Shown here one piece after another: positions 9,062 through 21,118 of a stretch of 33,730 nucleotides of DNA. The DNA comes from Nitrospirota bacterium. GTDB lineage: Bacteria; Nitrospirota; UBA9217. The number at the start of each line of letters is the position of its first letter. Position 1 is the first letter of the stretch. The notes beneath the pieces are model-generated. The model was not told where the DNA came from and searched no databases. It was given only the letters and a program-made list of their open reading frames with translations. Where the stretch lies: positions 1 through 33,730 of the forward strand of contig JAOUEV010000040.1 of the NCBI GenBank assembly GCA_029858565.1, in the 5' to 3' direction. Position numbers and translations under genes: made by a program.

Positions 9062-9490
9062 ATGAAGCGAAGAAAGGCCAGGGAGTACGCACTCCAGCTG
9101 CTTTTTCAGCTGGACATCAGGAAGGAAAAGCCGACGATCACGCTGTTCAAGCGGTTCTGGATCGACGAGGACCCGGACGAAGAGGTGCGCGCCTTCACCG
9201 AGGAGATCGTCAAGGGCACCTACAAGCATCTGCGCTCGATCAACGAAAAGATCCTCGCCTGCGCCAAGAACTGGAGCCTCGACCGCATGGCGACGGTGGA
9301 CCGGAACGTGCTCCGCATGGCGACCTATGAGATCCTCTACCGGATCGATATTCCCCCGAGCGTGACCATCAATGAAGCGATCGAGCTGGCGAAAAAATAC
9401 GGCACCGACGAGTCCGGCGCATTTGTGAACGGCATTCTCGACAGCGTGGCGCGTCTCGCGGGAAAGGTTGACGCGTCACAGCTGCGGTAG
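9062..9490 (+). CDS. nusB: Transcription antitermination factor NusB
   Basis: [39 protein letters not shown]; follows ribH. Confidence 0.96.
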   Translation: MKRRKAREYALQLLFQLDIRKEKPTITLFKRFWIDEDPDEEVRAFTEEIVKGTYKHLRSINEKILACAKNWSLDRMATVDRNVLRMATYEILYRIDIPPSVTINEAIELAKKYGTDESGAFVNGILDSVARLAGKVDASQLR

Positions 9491-9997
9491 GTGTCCGGGA
9501 GGGTGGGCGTGGTCCTTCGAGTGGATATGTGCGACATCAGCACCGTCGATGTCGATGCTGTGGTGGTTGGATTTTACGAAGATGTGCGGCCGCTGAAGGG
9601 GGGCGCCGGAGCCCTGGACTGGATCCTCTGCGGAGCGCTTTCGCGGCTGCTCCTCGATGATCGCATTCGCGGAAGGCTGGGCGAGGTCGCTTTGTTGACC
9701 TCGGCAGGCAAAATGCCCGCGGAGAAGATCTTCCTCCTGGGGATGGGACCTCGCGCCGGGCAGACGCCGGAGAGCCTGCGGGCTGCGGCTCGGTCCGCGG
9801 CGGCAACGGTCGCCGGAGCCGGCATCCGCACCGCATTGATCGATTGCATGCCGATGGGGGAGGGGCACAACGACCAGGCGCTCGCCGAGGTCCGTGCCGG
9901 AATCCTTGAAGGCTCCGCCGGCCGTGCTCTTGAGTTAACCCTTCTCGCGTCAGACAATGCTTCCCTGGAACACATGACCCGCATTATGCAGGCATGA
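9491..9997 (+). CDS. Stand-alone peptidase M17 N-terminal-like (macro-fold) protein
   Basis: EDVRPLKGGAGALDWILCGALSRLL...GRLGEVAL...KIFLLGMG pattern; no M17 catalytic domain; GTG start abuts the nusB stop. Confidence 0.65.
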   Translation: MSGRVGVVLRVDMCDISTVDVDAVVVGFYEDVRPLKGGAGALDWILCGALSRLLLDDRIRGRLGEVALLTSAGKMPAEKIFLLGMGPRAGQTPESLRAAARSAAATVAGAGIRTALIDCMPMGEGHNDQALAEVRAGILEGSAGRALELTLLASDNASLEHMTRIMQA

Positions 9998-10024
9998 CCG
10001 CTCAAGATTAGCAGGAGTTTCCCA

Positions 10025-11326
10025 ATGATCGCTCGCTATAGCAGACCGGAGATGACCTCACTCTGGGACGCCGAGAATCGCTATCGCGCCTGGCTTCTTG
10101 TCGAGATCCTCGCATGCGAGGCCAATGCCAGGCTCGGTCTTATTCCCCGCCGTTCCCTCGCGGTCATCAAGAAAAAAGCGGATTTTTCCGTCAAACGGAT
10201 CGATGAACTCGAGAAGGTCGTCAAACATGACGTGATCGCGTTCCTGACCGCTGTCGGGGAGCACGTCGGTCCTGATTCCCGCTTCATCCACCTTGGCCTT
10301 ACGTCCTCCGATGTCCTGGATACATCGCTTGCCTATCTTATGCGGAATGCCGCGGACATCATCATCGACGACATCAAAACGCTTCGCACGGTCCTGAAGA
10401 AGAAAGCGCTGCAATACAAGGACACCGTCATGATCGGCCGGTCCCACGGTGTCCACGCGGAGCCCGTCACCTTCGGTCTCAAGATGGCGCTGTGGTACGA
10501 GGAAATGGGCCGCGCACTGGACCGGATGGTCCGCGCCCGGGACGCGGTGAGCGTCGGGAAGGTATCCGGCGCGGTGGGCACGTTCGCCAATATCGATCCG
10601 TTCGTGGAGCGGTATGTGTGCAAGAAGCTCGGCCTGACGCCTGAACCGGTGGCGACTCAGGTCGTGCAGCGCGACCGCCACGCGGAGTATCTTTCGGCGC
10701 TCGCGCTCATCGCGTCGTCCCTGGAGAAGTTCTCCGTGGAACTGCGCCACTTGCAGCGCACCGAAGTGCTGGAAGCCGAGGAATATTTCTCCGAGGGCCA
10801 GAAGGGCTCCTCCGCCATGCCGCACAAGCGGAATCCCATCTCCGCGGAGAACCTCTCCGGGCTTGCACGCGTGGTGCGGTCCAACATGCTGGCGGCCTTT
10901 GAGAATGTTGCGCTCTGGCACGAGCGGGACATAAGCCATTCATCGGTGGAACGCATCATCATGCCGGACAGCACCATCCTGATCGATTACATGCTTGCCC
11001 GGTTCACCAAACTGGTGGACGGCCTGTTCGTCTATCCGAAGAACATGGAGCGGAACATGGCCTTGTCCAAAGGGCTGTTCCACTCCGAGACCGTTATGCT
11101 CGCGCTGGTTGCCAAGGGCCTGAGGCGGGAGACGGCATATAAGTATGTCCAGCGCAATGCCATGGAGGTCTGGAAGTCGGGTGGTGATTTTGCCGAGCGG
11201 CTGAAGAAGGACGCCGACATCGGGAAACACCTGGCCCCCCGGGAGATCGACAAGTGCTTCGACCTCAAGCATACGCTCAAGAAAGTCGATTATATCTTCA
11301 AGCGGGTCTTTAAAAGCGGGAAATAA
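10025..11326 (+). CDS. purB: Adenylosuccinate lyase
   Basis: MIARYS, HDVIAF, GLTSSD, GSSAMPHKRNP, WHERDISHSSVER. Confidence 0.97.
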   Translation: MIARYSRPEMTSLWDAENRYRAWLLVEILACEANARLGLIPRRSLAVIKKKADFSVKRIDELEKVVKHDVIAFLTAVGEHVGPDSRFIHLGLTSSDVLDTSLAYLMRNAADIIIDDIKTLRTVLKKKALQYKDTVMIGRSHGVHAEPVTFGLKMALWYEEMGRALDRMVRARDAVSVGKVSGAVGTFANIDPFVERYVCKKLGLTPEPVATQVVQRDRHAEYLSALALIASSLEKFSVELRHLQRTEVLEAEEYFSEGQKGSSAMPHKRNPISAENLSGLARVVRSNMLAAFENVALWHERDISHSSVERIIMPDSTILIDYMLARFTKLVDGLFVYPKNMERNMALSKGLFHSETVMLALVAKGLRRETAYKYVQRNAMEVWKSGGDFAERLKKDADIGKHLAPREIDKCFDLKHTLKKVDYIFKRVFKSGK

Positions 11327-11383
11327 CGATCGCCACCGGGTCGCGGACAACGGCGCCTATTGGCGAACAGGATCGGGGTTGTG

Positions 11384-12781
<1,398 letters not shown>

Positions 12782-12790
12782 CGACCGCCA

Positions 12791-12825
12791 GGTGCGGAGT
12801 TCGAAGTGAGAAGTTCGGAGTGATA
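12791..12825. repeat. AGT(G/T)CGG-family heptamer array (5 degenerate units)
   Basis: GGTGCGG AGTTCGA AGTGAGA AGTTCGG AGTGATA right after the purF stop; same family as 27883-28025. Confidence 0.8.
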
Positions 12826-12851
12826 GGCGAGAAGAAGAACAGGGAAAAGAA

Positions 12852-12927
12852 TGGTGCCGAGGCGCAGAATCGAACTGCGGACACGAGGCTTTTCAGGCCT
12901 CTGCTCTACCAACTGAGCTACCTCGGC
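12852..12927 (-). tRNA. tRNA-Phe (GAA)
   Basis: GCCGAGG...CCTCGGC-A-CCA; anticodon arm GAGGC CTGAAAA GCCTC; TTCGA T-loop; 76 nt. Confidence 0.97.
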
Positions 12928-13023
12928 AGGTGTTTTGGCCGCGAAACAGAGCGATACAATAACAGAGTGGCGGGAGCATTGTCAAGGAAATTTTGTCCGG
13001 CGTGAGCCTGCGGCGGGAACACT

Positions 13024-13767
<744 letters not shown>

Positions 13768-13769
13768 AT

Positions 13770-14309
13770 ATGTACCAGGACCTTATGATCGCAGGTTTTG
13801 GCGGACAGGGCGTGCTGCTTGCCGGGAAACTGCTTGCCCATGCCGGCATGATCGAGGGCAAGCGTGTCACCTGGTTTCCCTCCTACGGCGCGGAGATTCG
13901 GGGCGGTACTGCGAATTGCACGGTCATTATATCGGACCGGGAGATCGGATCTCCGGTGGTCCCGCAGCCATCAGCCATGCTTATCCTGAACGACGCCTCG
14001 TTCGTCAAGTTCGAAAGCCGGATCCAGCCGTCAGGAAACCTCTTTTTAAACACGTCACTGGTCATGCGTCCTTCTTCGCGAGGGGACATCGTGCGGATCG
14101 AGATCAAGGCGAACGATATTGCCGAAGAACTGGGAGATATCCGTATCGCCAACATGGTCATGCTGGGTGCTTTCCTGCGGAAGACCGGCGTCGTCACTCT
14201 TGACTCGATATTGAACGCGCTGAAGGCTCTGCTGCCTCCCCGCCGTCATTCGCTCCTTTCTCTCAATGAGCGTGCACTGAAATGCGGCGGCGATGTGTGC
14301 GCGGCATGA
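13770..14309 (+). CDS. 2-oxoacid:ferredoxin oxidoreductase gamma subunit
   Basis: IAGFGGQGVLLAG, PSYGAEIRGGTA, NMVMLGA; start reassigned to ATG 13770. Confidence 0.92.
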   Translation: MYQDLMIAGFGGQGVLLAGKLLAHAGMIEGKRVTWFPSYGAEIRGGTANCTVIISDREIGSPVVPQPSAMLILNDASFVKFESRIQPSGNLFLNTSLVMRPSSRGDIVRIEIKANDIAEELGDIRIANMVMLGAFLRKTGVVTLDSILNALKALLPPRRHSLLSLNERALKCGGDVCAA

Positions 14310-14359
14310 ACCAGACCAACAGGCTGCGTTCGGTGTTTCCTGTCCCGAATAAGGACTTT

Positions 14360-14388
14360 TTGACACCTGCCTGCAGATGTGATACTCT
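14360..14388 (+). promoter_or_regulatory. sigma70 promoter, probably producing a leaderless mRNA
   Basis: TTGACA-N17-TACTCT with TG extension; ATG 14396 is 7 nt after the -10; no SD. Confidence 0.65.
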
Positions 14389-14395
14389 CTAGGCT

Positions 14396-16483
14396 ATGCA
14401 GAAGGAAGTGAAACAGGACCCGCCGGCCGAAGAACTCCCGCCCCAGATCCAGGAGATCATGCGGAATCTCGTTTCCGCGATCCGGGCTGTCAAACTCTAC
14501 CCCCGGAACAATCCCGTTTACGCGCAGTCAGTGAAAAAGGCTTTCGAGCCTCTTGATGCATTTTTACAGACCGAAGCGCAATACCCCGTCGGCATTCAGA
14601 AGACCTTCTTTGCGTTTCAGCAGACCCCCATCGGGAAGGACACGCAGATAAACAAAACGATCGCCGTGGACCTGTTCAACAAGGGGATCAGGGAGATCCT
14701 GTTCCTGACCGGCCTGACAGAACAGGAAATGATCGACCTCTTTACGGCCCTTTCACTTTCGGCCGAGGACATCGCGCTGCGCGGCGGGATAGTTTCCATT
14801 CTCTGGGAGAAAGGCGCAACTCACATAAAGATCACCGAATCCGCACTGGACGATGTCATTACCACGACCAGTGACGAGGATAAGGTCAAACGCGCACTGG
14901 CGGAACCGGCTGTTGCTCAGTTGGACCCGAATGCAGCAAAAGAGGAACTGGTGTTCGTGGGACGGACCCTTGTGCTGGGTGACATCGTAGCTGATCCGCG
15001 GGCATTCGGGGCCACGATGCTTGAGATGGCGCGCGAAACAGCGGGAAAGAACGAGACGGTCGAGGACCGCCTGTTCTCGCTCTATCAGGACGCGGCCCGG
15101 CAGATCGAGGAAAAGCAGCCGGACCAGAGCGAAGTTCTGTTCCAGGGGCTCGCAAAGTCCGTGCTTGCCATGGAGCAGGAACCCCGGGACCGGTTCATCT
15201 CGACAAAGCTGTACGCCGAACTGGACGCGCAGCAGGTGCGGGAGCAGGGCGAGAATATCCACAGCCACGTACCCGATGAACTGCATGAGATCGTGACCGG
15301 ACGCTACTCCAAGGAATGGACGGTCCAGCAGGTGTCTACGTTGCTGCAGAAAACGGCGAAGCAGAAACCGGCAGCGGTTCCCCCGCCGGCATCGCCGGAA
15401 AAGCTGGAGGCGACCCCGCTTCCACCGGACCTCAATGAAGTGGCGCGGGCACTGCAGGAATACTCTCCTGAGGAGCTGGCGTCCATGCAGGTCATCACCG
15501 AGGCGGGCATGGAGTCGGATATCATCGAAGCCACGGTCCGGACCCTCATCTTCCTGCTTCCCAGCGTGAAACGATCAGCCGGCCCGGACGTGACGGAGAA
15601 GGAAATCGCCCTTTTTTCCGGGGTCGTGCATCAGCTCGAGGATATACTGAAGTACCTTCTCAAAATGAAGGATTATGACATGGCCACGCTGATCACCAGG
15701 GCTCTCCATATGCCCGTGGATCCGGCATTTGCTCCCCGGCTCAAGGAAGGGGTGAGGAAAGCCGCCACGCGCGAAGTCCTGAAGAAAGTGATCGCCGACA
15801 TCCACGCAAGTGCGAAGGGGACCCCCGAGTATGCATCATCTTACTCCTACCTTTCCGCGCTTGAGCGTGAGGCGACGCCGGTCCTCCTCGAACTGCTGGC
15901 GGAAGAGAAGGACCGGTCGGTCAGGCGTTACCTTCTTGATCTCCTGAAGGACATGGGAAAGAACCAGATCGAGATGCTCGGCGAACGGCTGAATGATGAA
16001 CGATGGTACTTTGTGCGCAACATCGTGAGCATTATCGGCGAGAGCAAGGCGGATGAATCAATCGCGCTCCTTGAGAAGGTTGCAGGCCACAAGAACCACC
16101 AAATCCGTCTTGAGGTGATCAAGGGTTTGTTGGGTATCGGCGGGAAGAAAGCGGCGGCGCTCCTGGCGCGTTTTCTCAAGGACAGCGATGAAGACATCCA
16201 GATCACGGCGGTCCGCGGGCTCGGCTCGATCCACGGCACCGGGAAAGAAGAACTTCAGGCGGTGACGGAATTCGTGCGCGAGCACGCGGCAAAGTGGAAG
16301 ACCCTTGAAACCGCGCTCGAGGGAATAAAGACCCTCGCTCGCATCGGTGACCGGGATACACAGCAGTTCCTGCAGCAATATCAGAAGGTCCGATGGTGGC
16401 GTTCGCGCAAACCGCAGGAACAGCTGCGGGCGACATCCGCGGCGGCTATAAACGAGATTCAGCGGAGGAGCGGCAATGCCTGA
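14396..16483 (+). CDS. HEAT-repeat (PBS lyase-like) domain protein
   Basis: C-terminal repeats (DRSVRRYLL, DERWYFVRNIV, NHQIRLEVIKGL, DEDIQITAVRGLG); N-terminal LYPxxxP domain. Confidence 0.8.
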   Translation: MQKEVKQDPPAEELPPQIQEIMRNLVSAIRAVKLYPRNNPVYAQSVKKAFEPLDAFLQTEAQYPVGIQKTFFAFQQTPIGKDTQINKTIAVDLFNKGIREILFLTGLTEQEMIDLFTALSLSAEDIALRGGIVSILWEKGATHIKITESALDDVITTTSDEDKVKRALAEPAVAQLDPNAAKEELVFVGRTLVLGDIVADPRAFGATMLEMARETAGKNETVEDRLFSLYQDAARQIEEKQPDQSEVLFQGLAKSVLAMEQEPRDRFISTKLYAELDAQQVREQGENIHSHVPDELHEIVTGRYSKEWTVQQVSTLLQKTAKQKPAAVPPPASPEKLEATPLPPDLNEVARALQEYSPEELASMQVITEAGMESDIIEATVRTLIFLLPSVKRSAGPDVTEKEIALFSGVVHQLEDILKYLLKMKDYDMATLITRALHMPVDPAFAPRLKEGVRKAATREVLKKVIADIHASAKGTPEYASSYSYLSALEREATPVLLELLAEEKDRSVRRYLLDLLKDMGKNQIEMLGERLNDERWYFVRNIVSIIGESKADESIALLEKVAGHKNHQIRLEVIKGLLGIGGKKAAALLARFLKDSDEDIQITAVRGLGSIHGTGKEELQAVTEFVREHAAKWKTLETALEGIKTLARIGDRDTQQFLQQYQKVRWWRSRKPQEQLRATSAAAINEIQRRSGNA

Positions 16484-17909
16484 AGAGCAGGTTGACGCCC
16501 GCGGCGAGGCCAGGCAGTCGTTCCATGCGAAGCAGCAGCTGATCGCTTCCGCAAAACTGACGTTCCAGCATCTGGCCGCGGTGATCAAGAACGTGACGCT
16601 TTACCCGGTCGAGCACCCCTCCCTGCTCGGCGCCGCTGAGCAGCTTCTCGTAAAGATCAGGGAATTGCAGCTGACCCGCAAGGATGTTTCGTTCTATATT
16701 GTCGGCGGCGAGTTGTTCTTTGATGCCCATTCGATTCCCGTGGACCAGGGCCTTTCCCTGCTGATGGAACAGATCAAGAGCCATGATGTCGGCGGCGTGA
16801 TCTTCAAGACCGGTGTCACGCGGGAATCGATCGTGAATTTTGCTGTGTTGATGAACAAGGACGCCCAGCTCTTCTCGGTGGAAGGCGGTATCAATGCTGT
16901 TCTGGCGCAGCATGCCATTACCCATATCGAACTGCATCGCGTATTGCTGGTCGATAAGAAGTTCGGGAATGTGGTCAGGGAAGGGAAGAAACGCGCTGGC
17001 CAGGTGTTCATGGACGCCATAGATACGGTGCAGGATATTGTCCAGTCGGTGCATCTCGACAAGGCGTTCAATATGAAGAAAATGAGCACTGTCGTGCACT
17101 CGATGGTCGATGCCATCCTGGAGGACCGGGATGCGCTCGTTGGTCTGACCAGTATCAAGATGTACGACGAGTACACCTTCGCGCACTCGGTGAATGTGGC
17201 GGTCCTTTCCATCGCCCAGGGGACCTTCCTGTCCTTTGATAAACCGCAAATAGCGGCGCTGGGCATCGCAGGGATGCTGCACGATATCGGAAAGGTGAGC
17301 ATCCCGCTCGAGATCATCAATAAGCCCGATAAGCTCACGGACAGCGAATGGGAGCTGATGAAACGGCACCCGGTCGAAGGAGCATTGTTGCTTTCGGAAG
17401 TGCAGGCCATGACCAAACTGGCGATGGTCGTGGCGTTCGAGCACCATCAGCACGGAGACGTCCGCGGATATCCCAAGTACGACGATGTGGTGCAGCAGCA
17501 TCCTTTTTCCCAGATCGTGGCCATAGCTGATGCCTACGACGCGATAACCGCTGCGCGGGTCTACTACAAGGTAACGACCCCGCCTGACAAGGCCATCCGC
17601 ATCCTTCTCAGCAAGAGCGGCAGCGCCTTCAACTCTGTGCTGGTCAAGGCCTTTGTGAATATGATCGGGATATTCCCCGTGGGGACCTTGCTGAAGCTCG
17701 ATACCGGGGAGATCGGACTGGTCATGCACCAGACCCGCGATCTGACGCGGCCGCGCGTTCTGTTACTCGAAAAGTTCGACGGGTCTGAAAAAACGTCGGG
17801 GACCGAAGTCAGCCTGCTGGAAATGTCCGGTCGAAAATATATTCGCACCGTCGTGGGAACGATCGATCCTTCCGCGGGCAGGATCAACGTGAAGCAGTAT
17901 CTTGAGTAG
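16476..17909 (+). CDS. HD-GYP domain protein (probable cyclic dinucleotide phosphodiesterase)
   Basis: YTFAHSVNV, LHDIGK, KRHP, EHHQHGDVRGYP, IADAYDA; overlaps the upstream gene by 8 nt. Confidence 0.9.
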   Translation: MPEEQVDARGEARQSFHAKQQLIASAKLTFQHLAAVIKNVTLYPVEHPSLLGAAEQLLVKIRELQLTRKDVSFYIVGGELFFDAHSIPVDQGLSLLMEQIKSHDVGGVIFKTGVTRESIVNFAVLMNKDAQLFSVEGGINAVLAQHAITHIELHRVLLVDKKFGNVVREGKKRAGQVFMDAIDTVQDIVQSVHLDKAFNMKKMSTVVHSMVDAILEDRDALVGLTSIKMYDEYTFAHSVNVAVLSIAQGTFLSFDKPQIAALGIAGMLHDIGKVSIPLEIINKPDKLTDSEWELMKRHPVEGALLLSEVQAMTKLAMVVAFEHHQHGDVRGYPKYDDVVQQHPFSQIVAIADAYDAITAARVYYKVTTPPDKAIRILLSKSGSAFNSVLVKAFVNMIGIFPVGTLLKLDTGEIGLVMHQTRDLTRPRVLLLEKFDGSEKTSGTEVSLLEMSGRKYIRTVVGTIDPSAGRINVKQYLE

Positions 17910-17956
17910 TGCCATCCCGGCCCTGTTGCCGGGCCGATCCATCGGGAGGTAAAAGC

Positions 17957-18763
17957 ATGGGTAACATCAATTTCAGGATCATTGCCTTGGGTATCGCGGC
18001 AGTCATCGCGTTCTGGGCACTGATGTCGTTCTTCTTCACCATTGATGCGGGTGAGCGCGGGGTGGTCCTGCGCTTCGGCGCGGTGACCCGGATCGTGGAG
18101 GAGGGCATCCAGTGGAAATGGCCCTTCATGGAAACGGTCGTCAAGATGAACACCCGCGTGCAGAAGAGCACGACCAAGACCGAGGCAGCGAGTCGAGACC
18201 TTCAGGCAGTGCATACTACAATCGTGCTGAATTTCAGCCTGCAGCCGGACAAGGTCGGGGAAGTGTATAAGAACCTGAGGACGAACTATGTCGAGACCGT
18301 TGTCGAGCCGATCGTGAAGGAGGGGTTCAAAGCGGCGTCGGCGCGTTACACAGCAGAAGAGCTCATCTCGAAGCGGGAAACCCTCAAGAATGAGGTTCGT
18401 GACTACCTCAAGAATCGGATGGTGCCCTTCGGGATCATGGTGGTTGAGCTTTCGATCACGGATTTCGAGTTCTCTCCGGAGTTCAACCGGGCCATCGAGT
18501 CGAAGCAGACCGCCGAGCAGCTGGCATTGAAGGCCAAGCGGGACCTCGACCGGATCAAGGTCGAGGCACAGCAGAAGATCGCCAGCGCACAGGCCGAGGC
18601 TGAGGCGCTGAGGCTCCAGAAACAGGCGGTTTCCCCGGAGCTCATACGGCTTCGTGAGGTAGAAGCGCAGATGAAGGCGATCGAAAAATGGGACGGTAAA
18701 CTGCCCAGCGTTACGGGCGGCGCGGTGCCATTCATAGCCACGGGCGATGTAAAACATCGGTGA
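17957..18763 (+). CDS. Prohibitin/SPFH (band 7) family membrane protein
   Basis: N-terminal TM, GERGVVLRFG, SRDLQ, AIESKQTAEQ, IEKWDGKLP; start ATG 17957 after GGAGGT. Confidence 0.92.
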   Translation: MGNINFRIIALGIAAVIAFWALMSFFFTIDAGERGVVLRFGAVTRIVEEGIQWKWPFMETVVKMNTRVQKSTTKTEAASRDLQAVHTTIVLNFSLQPDKVGEVYKNLRTNYVETVVEPIVKEGFKAASARYTAEELISKRETLKNEVRDYLKNRMVPFGIMVVELSITDFEFSPEFNRAIESKQTAEQLALKAKRDLDRIKVEAQQKIASAQAEAEALRLQKQAVSPELIRLREVEAQMKAIEKWDGKLPSVTGGAVPFIATGDVKHR

Positions 18764-18826
18764 ACAGAGGGCCGGCGGGCCCTACCCCGTCAGCCGGTCC
18801 TCCCTGCGTTGGTTGGCACAGGTGTG

Positions 18827-18855
18827 TTGACATATCCCGCCGTTTCCTGTATTTT
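18827..18855 (+). promoter_or_regulatory. Putative sigma70 promoter
   Basis: TTGACA-N17-TATTTT upstream of the rhomboid gene. Confidence 0.5.
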
Positions 18856-18924
18856 TGTATCGTTCCCGTAGTCCATCGGCCGTTGCAACGGTAGGGGCGG
18901 GCGCGAGGACTGCGAGGCAGTATA

Positions 18925-19623
18925 GTGATACCGATCAAGGACTCGAATCCCACGGAACGATTTCCCCTGATCACCGTTGTGTTCATCGTCCTGAATGTAC
19001 TGGTCTTTCTCTATGAGATATCGCTGGGACCGGGCAGGGGAGCGGCGATCATGGCGTCCTTCGCCCTGGTTCCGGCAAAGCTCTTTCACCGGGTCGACGT
19101 GCCCGGCGGACCGGTGCCTGCGGCATTGACCGTATTCACGTCCATGTTCCTGCACGGCGGGGTCGTGCATCTTGCCGGGAACATGCTGTATCTCTGGATA
19201 TTCGGGAACAATGTCGAGGACGCGGTCGGCCGTCTCCGCTTCATCCTGTTCTATGTTCTCTGCGGAGCGATCGCAGCGCTGGGCCATGCCCTGACCGACC
19301 CCCTTTCTCGGGTCCCGATGGTCGGAGCTTCCGGCGCCATCTCGGGGATCCTGGGCGCCTATCTGCTGCTCTATCCCGGCGCGAGAGTGCTCACGCTCTT
19401 CACGCTCGGATTCTTCATCCGAATGATAGAAGTGCCCGCGCTGGTCGTGCTTGTGTTCTGGTTCGTATTCCAGTTCCTGAACGCACTGATGGCGGCGGGT
19501 CAGGGCGGAGGGATCGCCTGGTATGCCCATCTGGGCGGGTTCATCGCAGGGATGCTGTTCATCGGTATCTTCAAACGCCGCGGCGTGCCGTTCTTTGGGG
19601 GGAGGAGAAATCGTTTTCCATGA
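18925..19623 (+). CDS. Rhomboid family intramembrane serine protease
   Basis: MIPIKDSNP start, SMFLHGG.HLAGNM, catalytic GASGA and AHLGG. Confidence 0.94.
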   Translation: MIPIKDSNPTERFPLITVVFIVLNVLVFLYEISLGPGRGAAIMASFALVPAKLFHRVDVPGGPVPAALTVFTSMFLHGGVVHLAGNMLYLWIFGNNVEDAVGRLRFILFYVLCGAIAALGHALTDPLSRVPMVGASGAISGILGAYLLLYPGARVLTLFTLGFFIRMIEVPALVVLVFWFVFQFLNALMAAGQGGGIAWYAHLGGFIAGMLFIGIFKRRGVPFFGGRRNRFP

Positions 19624-20924
19624 TTGTTACCTGTTCATGCGGCATCAAGCTCAAAGTCAGTGACGAAAAGATCACACCTGCGGGGATCAAGATACGCTGT
19701 CCCAAGTGCGGAACGACCCATTTGTTGAAAAGACCTGTTGAAGCGGCGCCACCGGTTCCCGAGCTCTCTATCGATACGCCGCAGGCACCGCCTGCAATGC
19801 CCTGGTTCGCCTCGTCAATGAACATTCCTTCGTCCATGCCCCTTGTCCTGATCGCACATGACAGCAAGGCGGTCGCGGATATGATCAACGGGGTCCTGCA
19901 GGAAGCAGGAATGACGACCGATTACGCGCCCAACGGACTGGAGGCCCTGAAAAAGGCTACCGAACTGAAGCCGCGTGCGATGATCGTGGACGTCGGTCTT
20001 ACCGGTATCTATGGTTTCGAGCTTTGCGAGCGACTGAAGAGCCATCCGGATACGAAGGAGATCAGGATCATCCTGCTCTCGTCGGTCTATGGACTGACAG
20101 CGTACAAGCGGTCACCGGTGACCCTGTACGGCGCTGACGACTATATTGAAAAACATCATATTGCCGATCAATTGATCCCGAAGCTCAGCCGGCTTCTGTC
20201 GGGTGAAGCAGCACCTGCTTCGGTTCCGGCCCCGGAGTCTCTCGAAATGCCTCGCGAGGAGGCCCCGCCTCCGCCGCCCGAATCACGTGAAGAGATCGTT
20301 CCGCTCAACATGTCGGCCCCGCCACACCGTCCCGCACCCGTGTCCCGGAACTTGGACCCGGAGATCGCGCCAGTCGTTGGGGATGACGGAAAACCGGTAA
20401 TGCCAGAGATCCCTTCAGTCCTGCCGCAGGTCCCGGTCACACTCGGGACAACAAGCCGCAAGTCGGCAGCACCTGCTCCCATGACCGCCCCCCCGGCACC
20501 ACCCGTTGAAAAAGAGCCGATGATGACGACAGAACTTCCGCCGTCGAAGCCGGCATCGCCATCTCCGCAGCGGGCGACCGTCAAAGCGGAGGAGGACGCA
20601 TCCGTCAAGCTCGACGCGGATTTCTTTGAGCATGAGGAGTATGAAGCTCCGGTAAAGGCCTCTCCCCGGGTATCTGCGGATCCCGAGGAGATTGAGAAGG
20701 CCCGTCGTTTTGCACGCATCATCGTTTCCGATATTGCGCTCTACAGCCAGGACGCTGTTATCGAAGGAATCAGGGACGGAACGTTCTATGATCTGCTCAA
20801 GGATGATGTTGCCGAAGGACGGGCGCTCTATGACAGCCGGGTGCCTGAGGCTATTCGGGCCACGAAGGACTACCTCCAGGAGGCTTTTGACGATTTTATC
20901 GCCGCGAAGAAGAAACTTCGTTGA
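19620..20924 (+). CDS. Zn-ribbon + receiver domain + Pro-rich linker + RomX-like C-terminal domain protein
   Basis: CSC...RCPKCG zinc ribbon; REC ([20 protein letters not shown]); long Pro/Glu/Ala linker; C-terminal [15 protein letters not shown]...[10 protein letters not shown]. Confidence 0.8.
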   Translation: MIVTCSCGIKLKVSDEKITPAGIKIRCPKCGTTHLLKRPVEAAPPVPELSIDTPQAPPAMPWFASSMNIPSSMPLVLIAHDSKAVADMINGVLQEAGMTTDYAPNGLEALKKATELKPRAMIVDVGLTGIYGFELCERLKSHPDTKEIRIILLSSVYGLTAYKRSPVTLYGADDYIEKHHIADQLIPKLSRLLSGEAAPASVPAPESLEMPREEAPPPPPESREEIVPLNMSAPPHRPAPVSRNLDPEIAPVVGDDGKPVMPEIPSVLPQVPVTLGTTSRKSAAPAPMTAPPAPPVEKEPMMTTELPPSKPASPSPQRATVKAEEDASVKLDADFFEHEEYEAPVKASPRVSADPEEIEKARRFARIIVSDIALYSQDAVIEGIRDGTFYDLLKDDVAEGRALYDSRVPEAIRATKDYLQEAFDDFIAAKKKLR

Positions 20925-20949
20925 CAGGATGGGAAAGTTAGTATATTAT
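20921..20949 (+). promoter_or_regulatory. sigma70 promoter for tRNA-Pro (and possibly rpoS)
   Basis: TTGACA (contains the upstream TGA stop)-N17-TATTAT. Confidence 0.8.
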
Positions 20950-20959
20950 ACAAACCTTG

Positions 20960-21037
<78 letters not shown>

Positions 21038-21118
21038 TTCCTCATCTTTCCTGTGTAACAAGCCCAGCAGAAGTAAAGGGAATGCAAACCGGCGATTTTT
21101 CCTAAGCAAGAGGTGTGA

